From Candidatus Methanophagales archaeon (GTDB lineage: Archaea > Halobacteriota > Syntropharchaeia > Alkanophagales > Methanospirareceae), in assembly GCA_017883965.1 (NCBI GenBank), contig JAFNKG010000005.1, positions 194 to 64,193 of the forward strand: a stretch of DNA of 64,000 bases. The letters are read 5' to 3'. The notes under the pieces are model-generated. The model searched no databases. It was given only the letters and a program-made list of their open reading frames with translations, and was not told where the DNA came from. Below are positions 28,817 through 39,241 of the stretch, one piece after another (the stretch's first letter is position 1; every line of letters begins with the position of its first letter). Both the position numbers and the translations under genes were made by a program.

Positions 28817-30208
28817 ATGGATAGTGGAATACTGCCTGAATTGAGGGAGGCGCTATCAGCGGGGGCGGGGTATTCGCTGCTGATAAAGGGGGAGCCGGGA
28901 ACAGGGAAGACAATGCTTGCATTTGAGATGCTCGACGAGTTCGGGGGCGACAATGCTGTTTATCTTTCAGCGAGGATTTCACCCCCCTCTCTTTACAAAC
29001 AATTTCCATGGCTGAAAAAACGTATCGGTTTTAGCGTGATAGATGCAACTAAGTTGTATCTCTCATCAAAAGCATTTCCAAGGGCGCGCACTTTCTCTGA
29101 CATTCTTTACCTGAAAATGGTACAGGAAAAAAAACCCGCTACGCTCGTAATTGATAGCTGGGAGGCGATAGCATCGGAAGTAAAAAAGGAAGAGATAGAA
29201 ATGCTGGAAGCTGCGATAACTGACCTGATAAGGAATTATGCAACGCAATACGAAATGAATTTGATACTCATATCAGAAAGAAGTGGGACAACCCCGCTCG
29301 ATTATATTGTTGATGGAATAGTAGAGCTAAGCCGCATAACCATTGACTACCGGAGGGCGAGGGAAATGGTGCTAAAGAAATTAAGAGGCGTCAGAATAGA
29401 CCAGCACAAATATGGTTTTACCTTAGATGGTGGCAGATTTCGTTTCTTCGCTCCTTTCGAGCGGAGGAAAATAGAGAAGCCGAGAAGGGTAGAGGTTGTG
29501 CCAAATACTCCCACACATATATCTACGGGGTGTGTGGAGATAAATAGGATTTTGGGTGGTGGATTAAGTAAGGGAAGCACCCATATTATAGACTATGGAG
29601 ATGATTTATCTCTATTAGGATACCAATCCATCGTTTCTCACATGATTATAAACAGTATACAGCAAGGGAATTATTGTGTGAAGATTCCGAGTAGTGGATG
29701 GGATGAGAGGAGATTAAGGAGGGGGATATTGCCCTTCGTGAAGGAAGAGGATTATATGAAGTATTTCACAATCTTTGAGATAAGAAGGGAGAAGAAAGAA
29801 GTAAGAGAGAACGTGAAGGTTTTGAAAGGCGAATCAATGGAGGAAGATTTTCCATTGTTCACTGATTTCATTTCCAATTTAGAACCTCCGGTCATGGTTA
29901 TTATCGGAACGGATTTGTTAGAGTATCAATATCGTTTGAAAACAGTGACCAACCTTGCGAGAATGTTGGAGTTATTCTCATATTGGATAATGGAGTTGAG
30001 AGAGGCAGGAAATGTAGGAGTATTTGGAATGCCCACCGGAGGCGCATTGGGCGAAGAGCTGGGTCACATGGTAACGAATCGCTGGAAGATGACTGTGCTT
30101 GATAAGGGTGTTATCCTCTATTGCAATCGCCCTGATACCAAATTACATTGCGTGGAGAATATTATCACCGAAGAAACTCTTAAGTTAAAGCTCACTCCTT
30201 TTGTGTGA
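28817..30208 (+). CDS. KaiC/RecA-superfamily two-domain ATPase; domain 1 has an intact P-loop and domain 2 a degenerate one
   Basis: Contains GYSLLIKGEPGTGKTMLAFEML (Walker A). The second domain has the GGGLSKGSTHIIDYGDDLS loop in place of a P-loop. The start was set at MDSGILPELREAL by alignment with the paralog at 41014. Confidence 0.65.
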   Translation: MDSGILPELREALSAGAGYSLLIKGEPGTGKTMLAFEMLDEFGGDNAVYLSARISPPSLYKQFPWLKKRIGFSVIDATKLYLSSKAFPRARTFSDILYLKMVQEKKPATLVIDSWEAIASEVKKEEIEMLEAAITDLIRNYATQYEMNLILISERSGTTPLDYIVDGIVELSRITIDYRRAREMVLKKLRGVRIDQHKYGFTLDGGRFRFFAPFERRKIEKPRRVEVVPNTPTHISTGCVEINRILGGGLSKGSTHIIDYGDDLSLLGYQSIVSHMIINSIQQGNYCVKIPSSGWDERRLRRGILPFVKEEDYMKYFTIFEIRREKKEVRENVKVLKGESMEEDFPLFTDFISNLEPPVMVIIGTDLLEYQYRLKTVTNLARMLELFSYWIMELREAGNVGVFGMPTGGALGEELGHMVTNRWKMTVLDKGVILYCNRPDTKLHCVENIITEETLKLKLTPFV

Positions 30209-30226
30209 AGATAATTATAATATTCT

Positions 30227-30574
30227 TCACTTTTTACGAAAAATCTCCACGCCCTCTTCTAAAGCTTTTCTTATGAAGAAATTACCTTCGCTCTTCATCT
30301 TTTCTACCTCCTTCTCTGTATAAGGAAATACATCCACCCCTACCGGGAACCGAGAAGGTAAAAAGCGAGGTATCCTTTTCAAGAATGCCTCTCTCGACTC
30401 TCTCAATATCACAAGCAGGTCTATATCACTCCGAACAAAGGAGCCGAAGAGGAGCACACGCTCTACTTCAGGGTGTTTTCCCCCTATCTCTTTCAGATAT
30501 CTCCTGAGCGATTCTTCCACCAACTTCTTATCGAAATATCTTATCCTCACAGAATCTGACAATTTCCTCTGCAT
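30227..30574 (-). CDS. Minimal nucleotidyltransferase (MNT)
   Basis: Contains VLLFGSFVRSDIDLLVIL. Confidence 0.7.
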   Translation of the reverse strand: MQRKLSDSVRIRYFDKKLVEESLRRYLKEIGGKHPEVERVLLFGSFVRSDIDLLVILRESREAFLKRIPRFLPSRFPVGVDVFPYTEKEVEKMKSEGNFFIRKALEEGVEIFRKK

Positions 30575-30734
30575 ATCCTATTACCCTTTCTGCTCCTTCT
30601 CTTGTGTAAAAATCTAAAGGTGCACCAGAAGGATAGGAATTGGGATAATCTTCATCCTCAAGAGCATGCCGAGCATGCTCCAAATCCCTTTTTGCCTGCC
30701 TTAGCCAATCTTCATCTCTTCTCGCCATTTTCAC
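30528..30734 (-). CDS. Short HEPN-like protein (68 aa, possibly truncated) overlapping the MNT
   Basis: DWLRQAKRDLEHARHALE and YTREGAERVIGYAEEIV resemble the N- and C-terminal HEPN helices of 12816..13214. The central part is missing. Confidence 0.4.
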   Translation of the reverse strand: MKMARRDEDWLRQAKRDLEHARHALEDEDYPNSYPSGAPLDFYTREGAERVIGYAEEIVRFCEDKIFR

Positions 30735-30836
30735 CTCTTAATACTTGCATCTAAGATTTTATAAAGCTTCCTGAAAAATTTGGTGCTTTGAACTTGTAAT
30801 TTTTAAAGGCAGCGGGACAAAACTTTTTACGGTTAC

Positions 30837-31823
30837 TTACTGGCTTGCCCTCGATACTTCAGCGGATAACAACCTGTATTCCTCATACGCCCTTTTTAGA
30901 AACTTCGATAGCACTATTGATGCACAATAAAATATCACTAACGCAAAAAATCTTGCATCTCTGAAAAGGAAATCCATTGGCACAAAAGCTTCTTCCGCTA
31001 AGCCCGCTAAGCTATACCATCTCATTCCATAGTAAACAAGAACATAAATGTTTATAGTGGTTAGACCAATGGCAGTTCCATGATAGACCTTAACCAGTTC
31101 TAACCAGTCTTTCTGTTTCCTGGGCATAGAATATATATAAGCGAAAAAGAGCCAGCCCATGATGAAAAGAGCAATACCTGAGCACATACTTTCCACTATG
31201 GTTATATTGAAGTCAATGCTTATGACTGTTCGCCATAAAAACGCTAAACCTACTATCACTAATAATGTTCGTTCATCAGTTATCACCGTGCCTATTAGTT
31301 CTTTCATGCCCATTTCTCTCAGCTTTTTAACCCTTGGGTATAAATATGGTGATATGAGATGCAGAAGACCCTTCTCTTTGGATAGCGATATATAATCCTC
31401 GTGCATCTTTTTTACATACTTCACTGACCATAGAACCGCACAATAAAACACCACTAATGCGATATATCTTATATCTCTGAAAAGGAAATCCATTGGCGGA
31501 TAAGCTTCTACTTGCAGTAACTCGAACCATCTCATTCCATAGTAAATAACAACGTAAATATTTATAGAGACCATGCTAACGGCAATCCCTTGACAAATCA
31601 AATTCGACATTACCCAGCCCTCCAGTTTCTTGGACTTGTGATACATGTAAGCAAAGAGAACCCAGCCAAATATGAAAATAGCAATGCCTGAACACATACT
31701 TTCCCAAGGGGCTATCTTTCCATCAAGACTAATGACCGTTCGCCATAAAATCGCTACAAATATTATCGCTATTAATGTTCGCCCATCCATTATCACTTTG
31801 CCTACGGAATCTTTTATGCCCAT
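30837..31823 (-). CDS. Polytopic membrane protein built from two tandem homologous halves
   Basis: Residues 1-165 and 166-328 align: MGIKDSVGKVIMDGRTLIAIIFVAILWRTVISLD... versus MGMKELIGTVITDERTLLVIVGLAFLWRTVISID... Confidence 0.55.
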   Translation of the reverse strand: MGIKDSVGKVIMDGRTLIAIIFVAILWRTVISLDGKIAPWESMCSGIAIFIFGWVLFAYMYHKSKKLEGWVMSNLICQGIAVSMVSINIYVVIYYGMRWFELLQVEAYPPMDFLFRDIRYIALVVFYCAVLWSVKYVKKMHEDYISLSKEKGLLHLISPYLYPRVKKLREMGMKELIGTVITDERTLLVIVGLAFLWRTVISIDFNITIVESMCSGIALFIMGWLFFAYIYSMPRKQKDWLELVKVYHGTAIGLTTINIYVLVYYGMRWYSLAGLAEEAFVPMDFLFRDARFFALVIFYCASIVLSKFLKRAYEEYRLLSAEVSRASQ

Positions 31824-31967
31824 CTTTATCTGAAAACTCCTATCCTTCTGGCTATTATTTTAATAGGTAAGTGTGTATAAATATATTTCGGTTTTTAGGC
31901 ACCATGATTTAACCTTTCCTCTTTTTATCAACCCAAAATCATCTACCATATATGGCATAAGGCACTT

Positions 31968-31993
31968 GTGACATAAGTGACACAAAGTGACAC
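31968..31993 (+). promoter_or_regulatory. Three direct GTGACA(C) repeats at about 10 bp spacing upstream of frhB-hdrA
   Basis: The sequence is gtgacataagtgacacaaagtgacac. Confidence 0.35.
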
Positions 31994-32228
31994 GAAAAAA
32001 ACATTAAGTTTTATATAGTATGAATTCTAAATTATTAAATGTGGTGAAGTGATGGCAACAACTCTTGCTCCTCACGGGAATAGGGGTTGCATCAGCGGAA
32101 GGGAAAGCGGAAGCGAGAGCAGAGCAGCGGGTGGATGAATTACAGACAGTGCATGGATAGCATCAAAATAAAAATGAATAAAGGAATGGCAGAAGCAGAA
32201 TTGAAGAGCGGGATTCTCACTATGGACG

Positions 32229-33263
32229 GTGTTAAAAGTGTTAAAAGGGAGGGTCAAGAGATTTGAGGGGTTAAAGGAGGAGATAATTGACAGAAATCTA
32301 TGTTCATACTGTGGAGCTTGCGTTTCCTTCTGTGAACATCTCGAACTTGGACCTAACGCACCAATGTTAAAAGAAGAGTGCCCGCTCGATAAGGAGGGAG
32401 TGCTGAAGTGTAGCGAGAATGGGACTTGCTATGATATATGTCCGATGACGGAAACGGATATAGAAGGTTTAGAGGAGACGTTTTTGGATCCCGAAGGCAT
32501 GAGAGATGAGCATTTTGGCATCTACAAGAAGTCAATCGCCGGAAAAACATCAATAGAAGGGCAGGATGGAGGGGTAGTTACTTCTATGCTGGTCGCAGGC
32601 GTGGAAAAAGAGCTATTTGATTGCGTTATCGTGGCAGAAAGGGTGGAAGGCTACAATGCGGTTCCAAAGATAGCAGAGGATGTAGATACGATAAAAAAAG
32701 CAAAGGGGACAAAATATGTGCAATGCCCCATGGTATCGAAGATAGGGGAAGCGGTGAAAAGAGGGAAAAGAAGAATTGCGATTGTCGGGACAGCATGCGA
32801 GATAAGAGCAGTTCGGAAAATACAGTCTGTTTTGCTAAAAGAAGTCCCACAGATAGGGATTACCACCGTTGGACTTTTTTGTTTCGAAAGTTTTTACTGC
32901 GATAAGTTCGTAAACGAGACGAAGGAGTTATTAGGAATTGACCTTTCGTCTGCCTCTAAAATTCAGATAGCAAAGGGTGAATGTGAGGTTACGGTGAAGG
33001 GGAGGCATTATAAAACAAAAATAACCAATCTGGAAGAGATAGTGAGGGACAGCTGTCGCTATTGTGATGATTTTACTGCGAGGCTTGCGGATATTTCTGT
33101 CGGGTCGGTAGGTAGTGCAGAGGGGTATTGCACCGTAATCGTCAGGTCTGAGAGGGGGGAGCAGCTTTTGGATTTGATTGAATTCGCCAGAGGCGAGGTC
33201 AATAAAGAGGAAATCAGTAAGATAGTGCGGTACAAAAAGGTGAAGATTGAGGATAGAATATGA
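32229..33263 (+). CDS. F420-hydrogenase/dehydrogenase beta-subunit family protein (FrhB/FdhB/FpoF-like) with N-terminal Fe-S motifs
   Basis: CSYCGACVSFC is a 4Fe-4S motif. IEGQDGGVVTSMLVAG matches FrhB_FdhB_N, and IAIVGTACEIRAVRK matches FrhB_FdhB_C. The stop codon overlaps the hdrA start. Confidence 0.75.
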   Translation: MLKVLKGRVKRFEGLKEEIIDRNLCSYCGACVSFCEHLELGPNAPMLKEECPLDKEGVLKCSENGTCYDICPMTETDIEGLEETFLDPEGMRDEHFGIYKKSIAGKTSIEGQDGGVVTSMLVAGVEKELFDCVIVAERVEGYNAVPKIAEDVDTIKKAKGTKYVQCPMVSKIGEAVKRGKRRIAIVGTACEIRAVRKIQSVLLKEVPQIGITTVGLFCFESFYCDKFVNETKELLGIDLSSASKIQIAKGECEVTVKGRHYKTKITNLEEIVRDSCRYCDDFTARLADISVGSVGSAEGYCTVIVRSERGEQLLDLIEFARGEVNKEEISKIVRYKKVKIEDRI

Positions 33264-35233
33264 AAATAGGCGTTTATATATGTCACTGTGGGACGAACAT
33301 AGCAGCAACGGTGGATGTGAACGAGGTAACGAAGTTTGCAAAGAATCTATCAGGCGTTGCTATATCGAGAGATTACGTTTATATGTGCTCAGATCCAGGT
33401 CAGGAGCTGATAAAAAAGGACATTTTAAATGCGAAGCTGGACAGAGTTGTTGTTGCTTCCTGCTCTCCGAGGATGCACGAAGTTACTTTCAGAGGGGCGT
33501 GTGAGGAAGTGGGATTGAACGGCTATTGCATGGAAATGGCAAATATAAGGGAACAGTGCAGTTGGGTTCATTCTGACAAAGAAAAGGCGACAGAGAAAGC
33601 AAAGGAACTGGTGGCGAGTGCAGTTGCAAAAGCATCTTTATTACAGCCTTTGGAGCCAATGCGAGTAGGTGTAACGCCTTCTGCACTGATAATAGGAGGA
33701 GGAATAGCAGGAATTCAATGTGCATTAGATATTGCAGATGCAGGTTTTCAGGTGTATTTAGTAGAAAGGGAGCCCTCAGTAGGCGGGCACATGGCACAGC
33801 TTGATAAGACTTTTCCAACTTTGGATTGTTCTGCTTGCATTCTCACACCGAAGATGGCGGATGTGGCTCGCCATAAGAACATCGAGCTGGTTACTTATGC
33901 GGATGTGGAGAACGTAGAGGGCTACATAGGGAATCTCAAGGTGGTGGTGAGGAAGAAAGTGAGGTATGTGGATGAAGAAAAATGCACGGGATGCGGTTAT
34001 TGTGCGAAAGTGTGTCCCGTGACCATCTCTAATGAGTTTGATATGGGATTAGGAACGAGAAAAGCAGCTTATATCCCTTTTCCACAGGCTGTTCCTTTAG
34101 CTTACACGCTTGAGCGTGCAAAATGTATGGGTTGTGCTCTGTGCGAAGTAGTATGTGAGGTGGGAGCGATAAATTTTGAAGATGATGATGAGGAAATCGA
34201 GTTAGAAGTAGGAGCGATAGTAGTGGCGACGGGTTATGATTTATTTGACCCTTCTTTAGAGCCGAATTACGGCTATGAGTATGATAGGGTAATAACGGGC
34301 TTGGAGTTTGAGCGGCTTTGTAACGCTTCGGGTCCGACAAAGGGGGGTATAGAAATAAATGGTAAAGAGCCGAAAGATGTGGTTTTCATAAGCTGCGTGG
34401 GCTCGAGGGAGAAAGATGTGGAGGGAGGGAAAGGGAATGAATGTTGCTCTCGTGTATGTTGCATGTATATAGCGAAACAAGCGCATTTGGTGAAGGAGCA
34501 GATACCGGATGCGAATGTAACTGTTTTTTATACGGATGTTCAAGCATTCGGTAAAGGATTTGAAGAATTCTACTGGCGAGTGAAAGAAGAGGGAGTTAAT
34601 TACATAAGAAGGGAGTTAAAAGACGAGATAAAAGTAGAGAAGAAAGAGAATGGGAGGTTGAAAGTAAAAACAGTAAGAGAAGGTCGCCCGATAGAGAAGG
34701 AAGCAGACCTCGTAGTGCTCGCAACCGGCATTGTTCCTCGAAGGGATGTCTCTGACCTTGTAAGGAAATTGAAGATAACACAAAGTGGCGATAAATTCTT
34801 CCTTGAGGCACATCCAAAACTCCGCCCGATGGATACGCTTACTGATGGTATTTTCATCACTGGCTGTTGTCAATCGCCAAAAGACATTCCGGATAGCGTT
34901 GCACAGGCATCGGCTGCGGCATCGAGGGTTTGTAGCATATTATCTCAGGACTATATAGAAGTAGAGCCGATAATCGCAGAAGTAAAAGAAGAACTTTGCA
35001 TCGGCTGTGGTTCTTGTAAGGAAGTTTGTCCCTTCGGAGCGATAGAGTTAAAAGAAGAAGAAAGGCAGTTTGAGGAAATCGTGTTAAGAACGAGGAAATC
35101 GTATGTGACCCCAGCGCTCTGCAAAGGTTGTGGCGCTTGCATTCCCGAATGCCCCGTCAGTGCGATGACACAAAAGCACTTCACATCTGCACAGATAGAG
35201 GCGATGCTGAGGGGAGTTGGTGTTACAGCGTGA
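33260..35233 (+). CDS. hdrA: Heterodisulfide reductase subunit A (HdrA), FAD/Fe-S protein
   Basis: 657 aa. The FAD-binding site GGGIAGIQCALDIADAGFQVYLVEREPSVGGHMAQLD is present, with several ferredoxin CxxCxxCxxxCP motifs (CTGCGYCAKVCP, CIGCGSCKEVCP, CKGCGACIPECP). Confidence 0.85.
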   Translation: MKIGVYICHCGTNIAATVDVNEVTKFAKNLSGVAISRDYVYMCSDPGQELIKKDILNAKLDRVVVASCSPRMHEVTFRGACEEVGLNGYCMEMANIREQCSWVHSDKEKATEKAKELVASAVAKASLLQPLEPMRVGVTPSALIIGGGIAGIQCALDIADAGFQVYLVEREPSVGGHMAQLDKTFPTLDCSACILTPKMADVARHKNIELVTYADVENVEGYIGNLKVVVRKKVRYVDEEKCTGCGYCAKVCPVTISNEFDMGLGTRKAAYIPFPQAVPLAYTLERAKCMGCALCEVVCEVGAINFEDDDEEIELEVGAIVVATGYDLFDPSLEPNYGYEYDRVITGLEFERLCNASGPTKGGIEINGKEPKDVVFISCVGSREKDVEGGKGNECCSRVCCMYIAKQAHLVKEQIPDANVTVFYTDVQAFGKGFEEFYWRVKEEGVNYIRRELKDEIKVEKKENGRLKVKTVREGRPIEKEADLVVLATGIVPRRDVSDLVRKLKITQSGDKFFLEAHPKLRPMDTLTDGIFITGCCQSPKDIPDSVAQASAAASRVCSILSQDYIEVEPIIAEVKEELCIGCGSCKEVCPFGAIELKEEERQFEEIVLRTRKSYVTPALCKGCGACIPECPVSAMTQKHFTSAQIEAMLRGVGVTA

Positions 35234-35486
35234 AAGAGGAGAAGGAAGCCCTGATTTATGTTGTCATATACACTCAACTACTCGTTTTTTGTAAACGTTT
35301 TTTATCCTTGCTAAAATTGATTCCAATCCCAAGGAAGCTGGTTGAATACGTGGAAAGCGAGGGCAAACATTACGGAATGAAAAGGTCTTTAATTGTGCGA
35401 CACAGCACAGCATGTTTTTACATCTTCGACATTTCAAGCTGAAGTTTAACGCCGAAAAGCAAGATATCTTTCTTGCAGTTTTCAGC

Positions 35487-35502
35487 GTGTCACCAGTGAC
35501 AC
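35487..35502 (+). promoter_or_regulatory. Palindrome GTGTCAC-ca-GTGACAC upstream of antiporter set B
   Basis: The sequence is gtgtcaccagtgacac, a perfect inverted heptamer, about 55 nt upstream of 35555. Confidence 0.35.
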
Positions 35503-35554
35503 ATAGAGGGAAAAAGAATAACTTTATATATTTTGTTTCCTATAAACAGTTCTG

Positions 35555-37063
35555 ATGTTGAGTGTAGTTGAACATTTTCCTGTGCTTATCGTTGTAATAT
35601 CGCTGTTTTCTGCATTCACCATCTTGATTGTCGGCTCTGTGAAGAAGAAATCGTGCTGTTTCATTTCCATTGGAACCATTCTCGTTCAATTCGTCATGGC
35701 TGTTTTTATCCTGCGTCATGTCCTGACTGAAGGAACCATTCATTACTGGCTCGGGGGATGGAGCCCGCCATGGGGCATAGAATATGTCGTAGATGCCTTG
35801 AATGCATACGTATTGGTCATACTTCTGGTTTTAGCTTTGATATGTGCGATATATTCAAAGAGGAGCATAGAGCACGAATTGCCGCATAAAATTGTCCCTT
35901 TTTATACCATTTATCAACTCCTTATCACTGGTCTGTGCGGTATAACCGTGACCGGCGATATTTTTAATATGTATGTGTTTGTCGAGATAACGTCCTTATC
36001 TGCGTATGCGTTAGTAGCATCGAGGGGTAAAATAGCGTTAAAGGCGAGTTTTACTTACCTCGTATTGGGCTCCATCGGTGCTTGCTTCTTCTTGTTGGGG
36101 GTAGGTTTCCTGTATTCAGTAACGGGTTCGCTGAACATGCACGACCTCTCGCTCTTATTACCACCTTTATACGGGAATAGAGTAGTTCAGGCGGCTTTTG
36201 TTTTTTTCATAGTTGGACTAAGCATAAAAATGGCGCTATTCCCGCTTCATACGTGGTTACCAGATGCACATGCCTTTGCACCTTCGGAGATAAGCGCAAT
36301 GCTTTCCGGTATAATCATCGAGGTTTGCACCTATGCATATATAAGGGTTGCGTTCTCTGTATTCACGCTGGAGTTCATCACGCTTTACGTGCCTATATCC
36401 GGTATACTTTGCTGGATATCTGCAATAGCCATGATCTTTGGTTCTATTCTTGCGATAGCGCAGTTTAATTTAAAGAGGATGCTTGCTTATTCGAGTGTAG
36501 CGCATATGGGCTATATTATGCTCGGTGTGGGGCTTTCCACTTCCAACCCTTTAGGACTAACTCCTCCTTTGATGCACATACTGAACCACGCATTGATGAA
36601 AGGATGCTTGTTCCTGGTTGCCGGTGCTTTTATTTACAAGGCGGATTTGTGGAATATAACGGATTTCCGGGGTTTGGGAAGAAAAATGCCTTATACATGC
36701 ATGGCCTTCATTTTAGCTGCTCTCTCAATGTTAGGAATGCCACCAAGCGTGGGATTCGTCACGAAATGGTATCTAATAATTGCCGCTTTGGAGGCAAAAC
36801 AATTTATATTTGTGGCGGTGATATTCTTTAGCACGCTTCTTATGGTATTTTATTTTTGGCGTGTGATAGAATATATGTATATAAGGGTGGGAGACGAGGA
36901 AGGAAAAGAAAAGGAAATAGAGGAGATACCGAGGAGTATGCTCATCCCGGTGTTAGTACTCGCATTTCTCTGTTTCATCATGGGAATTATCTGGCTCACT
37001 GAGATACCTTTACCCATATTGGACGCAGTTAATTCAATGTATGGATTGGGGGTGGTGCCATAA
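35555..37063 (+). CDS. NuoN/MrpD-family antiporter-like subunit (set B, D1')
   Basis: 502 aa. The N-terminal 70 aa are nearly identical to those of 19107..20639. Contains LAYSSVAHMG. Confidence 0.8.
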   Translation: MLSVVEHFPVLIVVISLFSAFTILIVGSVKKKSCCFISIGTILVQFVMAVFILRHVLTEGTIHYWLGGWSPPWGIEYVVDALNAYVLVILLVLALICAIYSKRSIEHELPHKIVPFYTIYQLLITGLCGITVTGDIFNMYVFVEITSLSAYALVASRGKIALKASFTYLVLGSIGACFFLLGVGFLYSVTGSLNMHDLSLLLPPLYGNRVVQAAFVFFIVGLSIKMALFPLHTWLPDAHAFAPSEISAMLSGIIIEVCTYAYIRVAFSVFTLEFITLYVPISGILCWISAIAMIFGSILAIAQFNLKRMLAYSSVAHMGYIMLGVGLSTSNPLGLTPPLMHILNHALMKGCLFLVAGAFIYKADLWNITDFRGLGRKMPYTCMAFILAALSMLGMPPSVGFVTKWYLIIAALEAKQFIFVAVIFFSTLLMVFYFWRVIEYMYIRVGDEEGKEKEIEEIPRSMLIPVLVLAFLCFIMGIIWLTEIPLPILDAVNSMYGLGVVP

Positions 37064-39153
37064 TGATAGCAGAAGTTGCCTGGTTATGCTTCCTTTTTCC
37101 TTTTGCCGGCGCGCTTTTATCTCCTGTTCTAGCCAGAATTCATCCTAAGCTCAGAGATTATGGGGCGGTGTTTTTCTCTTTCCTCGCAGCTCTATCCAGC
37201 GTGATGTTCATACCCTATTTATTTCATCCCTCGAAGTTGCCAATCGAGAGTGCTTTTGTATGGCTCACCACACCCATAGAATTGAGAGTTGGTGTTTTGA
37301 TTGATCCTTTGAGTATAGTGATGGCAAATGTAGTTGCAGTTATAAGCTTTATAATAATGGTTTATTCCCTGGGGTATATGAAGGGAGACCCTTCCTTAAC
37401 AAGGTGGTGGATGTGGATGAACCTTTTCATTGGAAGTATGCTCCTTCTGGTTCTTTCCAATAACTTGCTATTTCTCTTCGTCGGATGGAAAATGGTAGGC
37501 TTGTGCAGCTATGGATTAATAGGTTTTTACTATAGGGACGAGAAGAAATACTGGATAGGTGGTCCTTCCCCCACTAAATACTGCACACCTTCCCACGCAG
37601 GCTTAAAAGCTTTAGTTGTAACGTCCGCTGGGGATGTTCTCATGTTAGGTGGGATTCTTATAATGTATTCCTATTCGGGAACCTTAAACATCCTGGAACT
37701 TTATGAGACTTCATCAATATGGATACCGGAAATGGCAAAGTCATCGGGAATGATCTTACTGGCGAGTATTCTCCTTCTTGCAGGACCCATCGGTAAGTCA
37801 GCACAGTTTCCACTTCACGAGTGGCTTCCGGAAGCTATGGCAGGTCCTGGTCCAGTTTCAGCACTGATCCATGCAGCAACAATGGTTAAAAGCGGGGTTT
37901 ATCTGGTTGCCAGATTCATACCAATTTTCTTCTACGGCTATTGGGTAGCTGGATGCAGCGAAGCTTCTTATTTCTTCATTTTAACCGCTTGGGTAGGTGC
38001 AATCACAGCCTTTTTGGCTGCTACTCAAGGTATGGTCTCCTTGGAACTGAAAAAAGCGCTTGCATTTTCTACCGTTAGTCAGATAGGCTACATGATGCTT
38101 GCATTAGGAGTATCCGGATTAACTGCGCCCAGTCTAATGGGAGGCTTTACATCAGGAATGTTTCACCTGGTAAATCATGCTCTGTTTAAGGCTTGTCTCT
38201 TCCTTTGCGCTGGTTCGGTCATTCACACCGCTCACTCTATCTATATGAACGATATGGGCTCCATCAGAAAGTACATGCCGTTTACCTGGATTTTCATGTT
38301 TATTGCGGCTCTATCTCTGATGGGTGTTCCGCCACTGCCTGGATTTTGGAGTAAAGACGCCATTCTTGTATCATGTCTGGAAGCCCATAATTACCCATTA
38401 TTCTTACTCGCCTTAATTACCGTAGTCGTAACTTCATTCTATACGCTACGCTTTATAGGAATGGTCTTTCATGGAAGTGAGAGTAAAAACGTAGAAAAAT
38501 TAAAGCAAAAAGGTACGCATCTCGGTGAAGCCCACCGTACAATGGTGGGTGCATGCGGTGTTTTAGCTATCACGATTATTGTACTTGGCATATTTGGTCT
38601 CCCCTTAGAGCATTTATTAGGAGAAGGATTCGGATATACTATGGAAAAACTTCATCTGCCAGTTGAACATGCTACCGAGCATTCGATGCCTCATTTATTA
38701 GTTCCTCTTCTATCAGTAATTTCAGTGGTTATAGGTATTGTGCCGGCATATTTACTTTACATATCGAGAAAAATAGATCCAGAGGGCATGTTGGAGAAGT
38801 ATCTAACCCTGAAGGTGCTTCATAAGTTCTTCTGGAATAGGTGGTACATAGATCGTTTCTATTACATGTTTTTTGTAGGTGGAATGACCAAGCTTTTTAC
38901 TTCTGTACCCAAGTATATTGAAAATCCACTGGATAAATTGTTTCATAAGATAATCCCCTCTATTCCCGGAAGACTCTATGACGGGGGGCGGCTCATTCTG
39001 GCAAGTAAGTATGGGCGAGAGGAGGTAGAAGGGGCACCAGAAGAAGAACCAGTGGTAGGAATAAGCATAGGGCTCGCATTGCTGCTGGTGCTTTTCTGCA
39101 TCGCTTTATATTTGATAGCTATGTTTATACGTGGGTGGCTTATAAGTCCCTAA
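37063..39153 (+). CDS. NuoL/MrpA-family antiporter-like subunit with a long C-terminal extension
   Basis: 696 aa. Contains WLPEAMAGPGPVSALIHAATMVKSGVYLVARF and HLVNHALFKACLF (NuoL-like). The C-terminal tail ...NPLDKLFHKIIP... ends in a TM segment. It overlaps the upstream gene by 1 nt. Confidence 0.8.
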   Translation: MIAEVAWLCFLFPFAGALLSPVLARIHPKLRDYGAVFFSFLAALSSVMFIPYLFHPSKLPIESAFVWLTTPIELRVGVLIDPLSIVMANVVAVISFIIMVYSLGYMKGDPSLTRWWMWMNLFIGSMLLLVLSNNLLFLFVGWKMVGLCSYGLIGFYYRDEKKYWIGGPSPTKYCTPSHAGLKALVVTSAGDVLMLGGILIMYSYSGTLNILELYETSSIWIPEMAKSSGMILLASILLLAGPIGKSAQFPLHEWLPEAMAGPGPVSALIHAATMVKSGVYLVARFIPIFFYGYWVAGCSEASYFFILTAWVGAITAFLAATQGMVSLELKKALAFSTVSQIGYMMLALGVSGLTAPSLMGGFTSGMFHLVNHALFKACLFLCAGSVIHTAHSIYMNDMGSIRKYMPFTWIFMFIAALSLMGVPPLPGFWSKDAILVSCLEAHNYPLFLLALITVVVTSFYTLRFIGMVFHGSESKNVEKLKQKGTHLGEAHRTMVGACGVLAITIIVLGIFGLPLEHLLGEGFGYTMEKLHLPVEHATEHSMPHLLVPLLSVISVVIGIVPAYLLYISRKIDPEGMLEKYLTLKVLHKFFWNRWYIDRFYYMFFVGGMTKLFTSVPKYIENPLDKLFHKIIPSIPGRLYDGGRLILASKYGREEVEGAPEEEPVVGISIGLALLLVLFCIALYLIAMFIRGWLISP

Positions 39154-39241
39154 ACTTCTTTATATTATTCTTCAGCAAATGGTCACGAAAGAAATGATTA
39201 GGAACGTGGTGGATGCAACAAGAGATGGGGTGGTGATGTAA

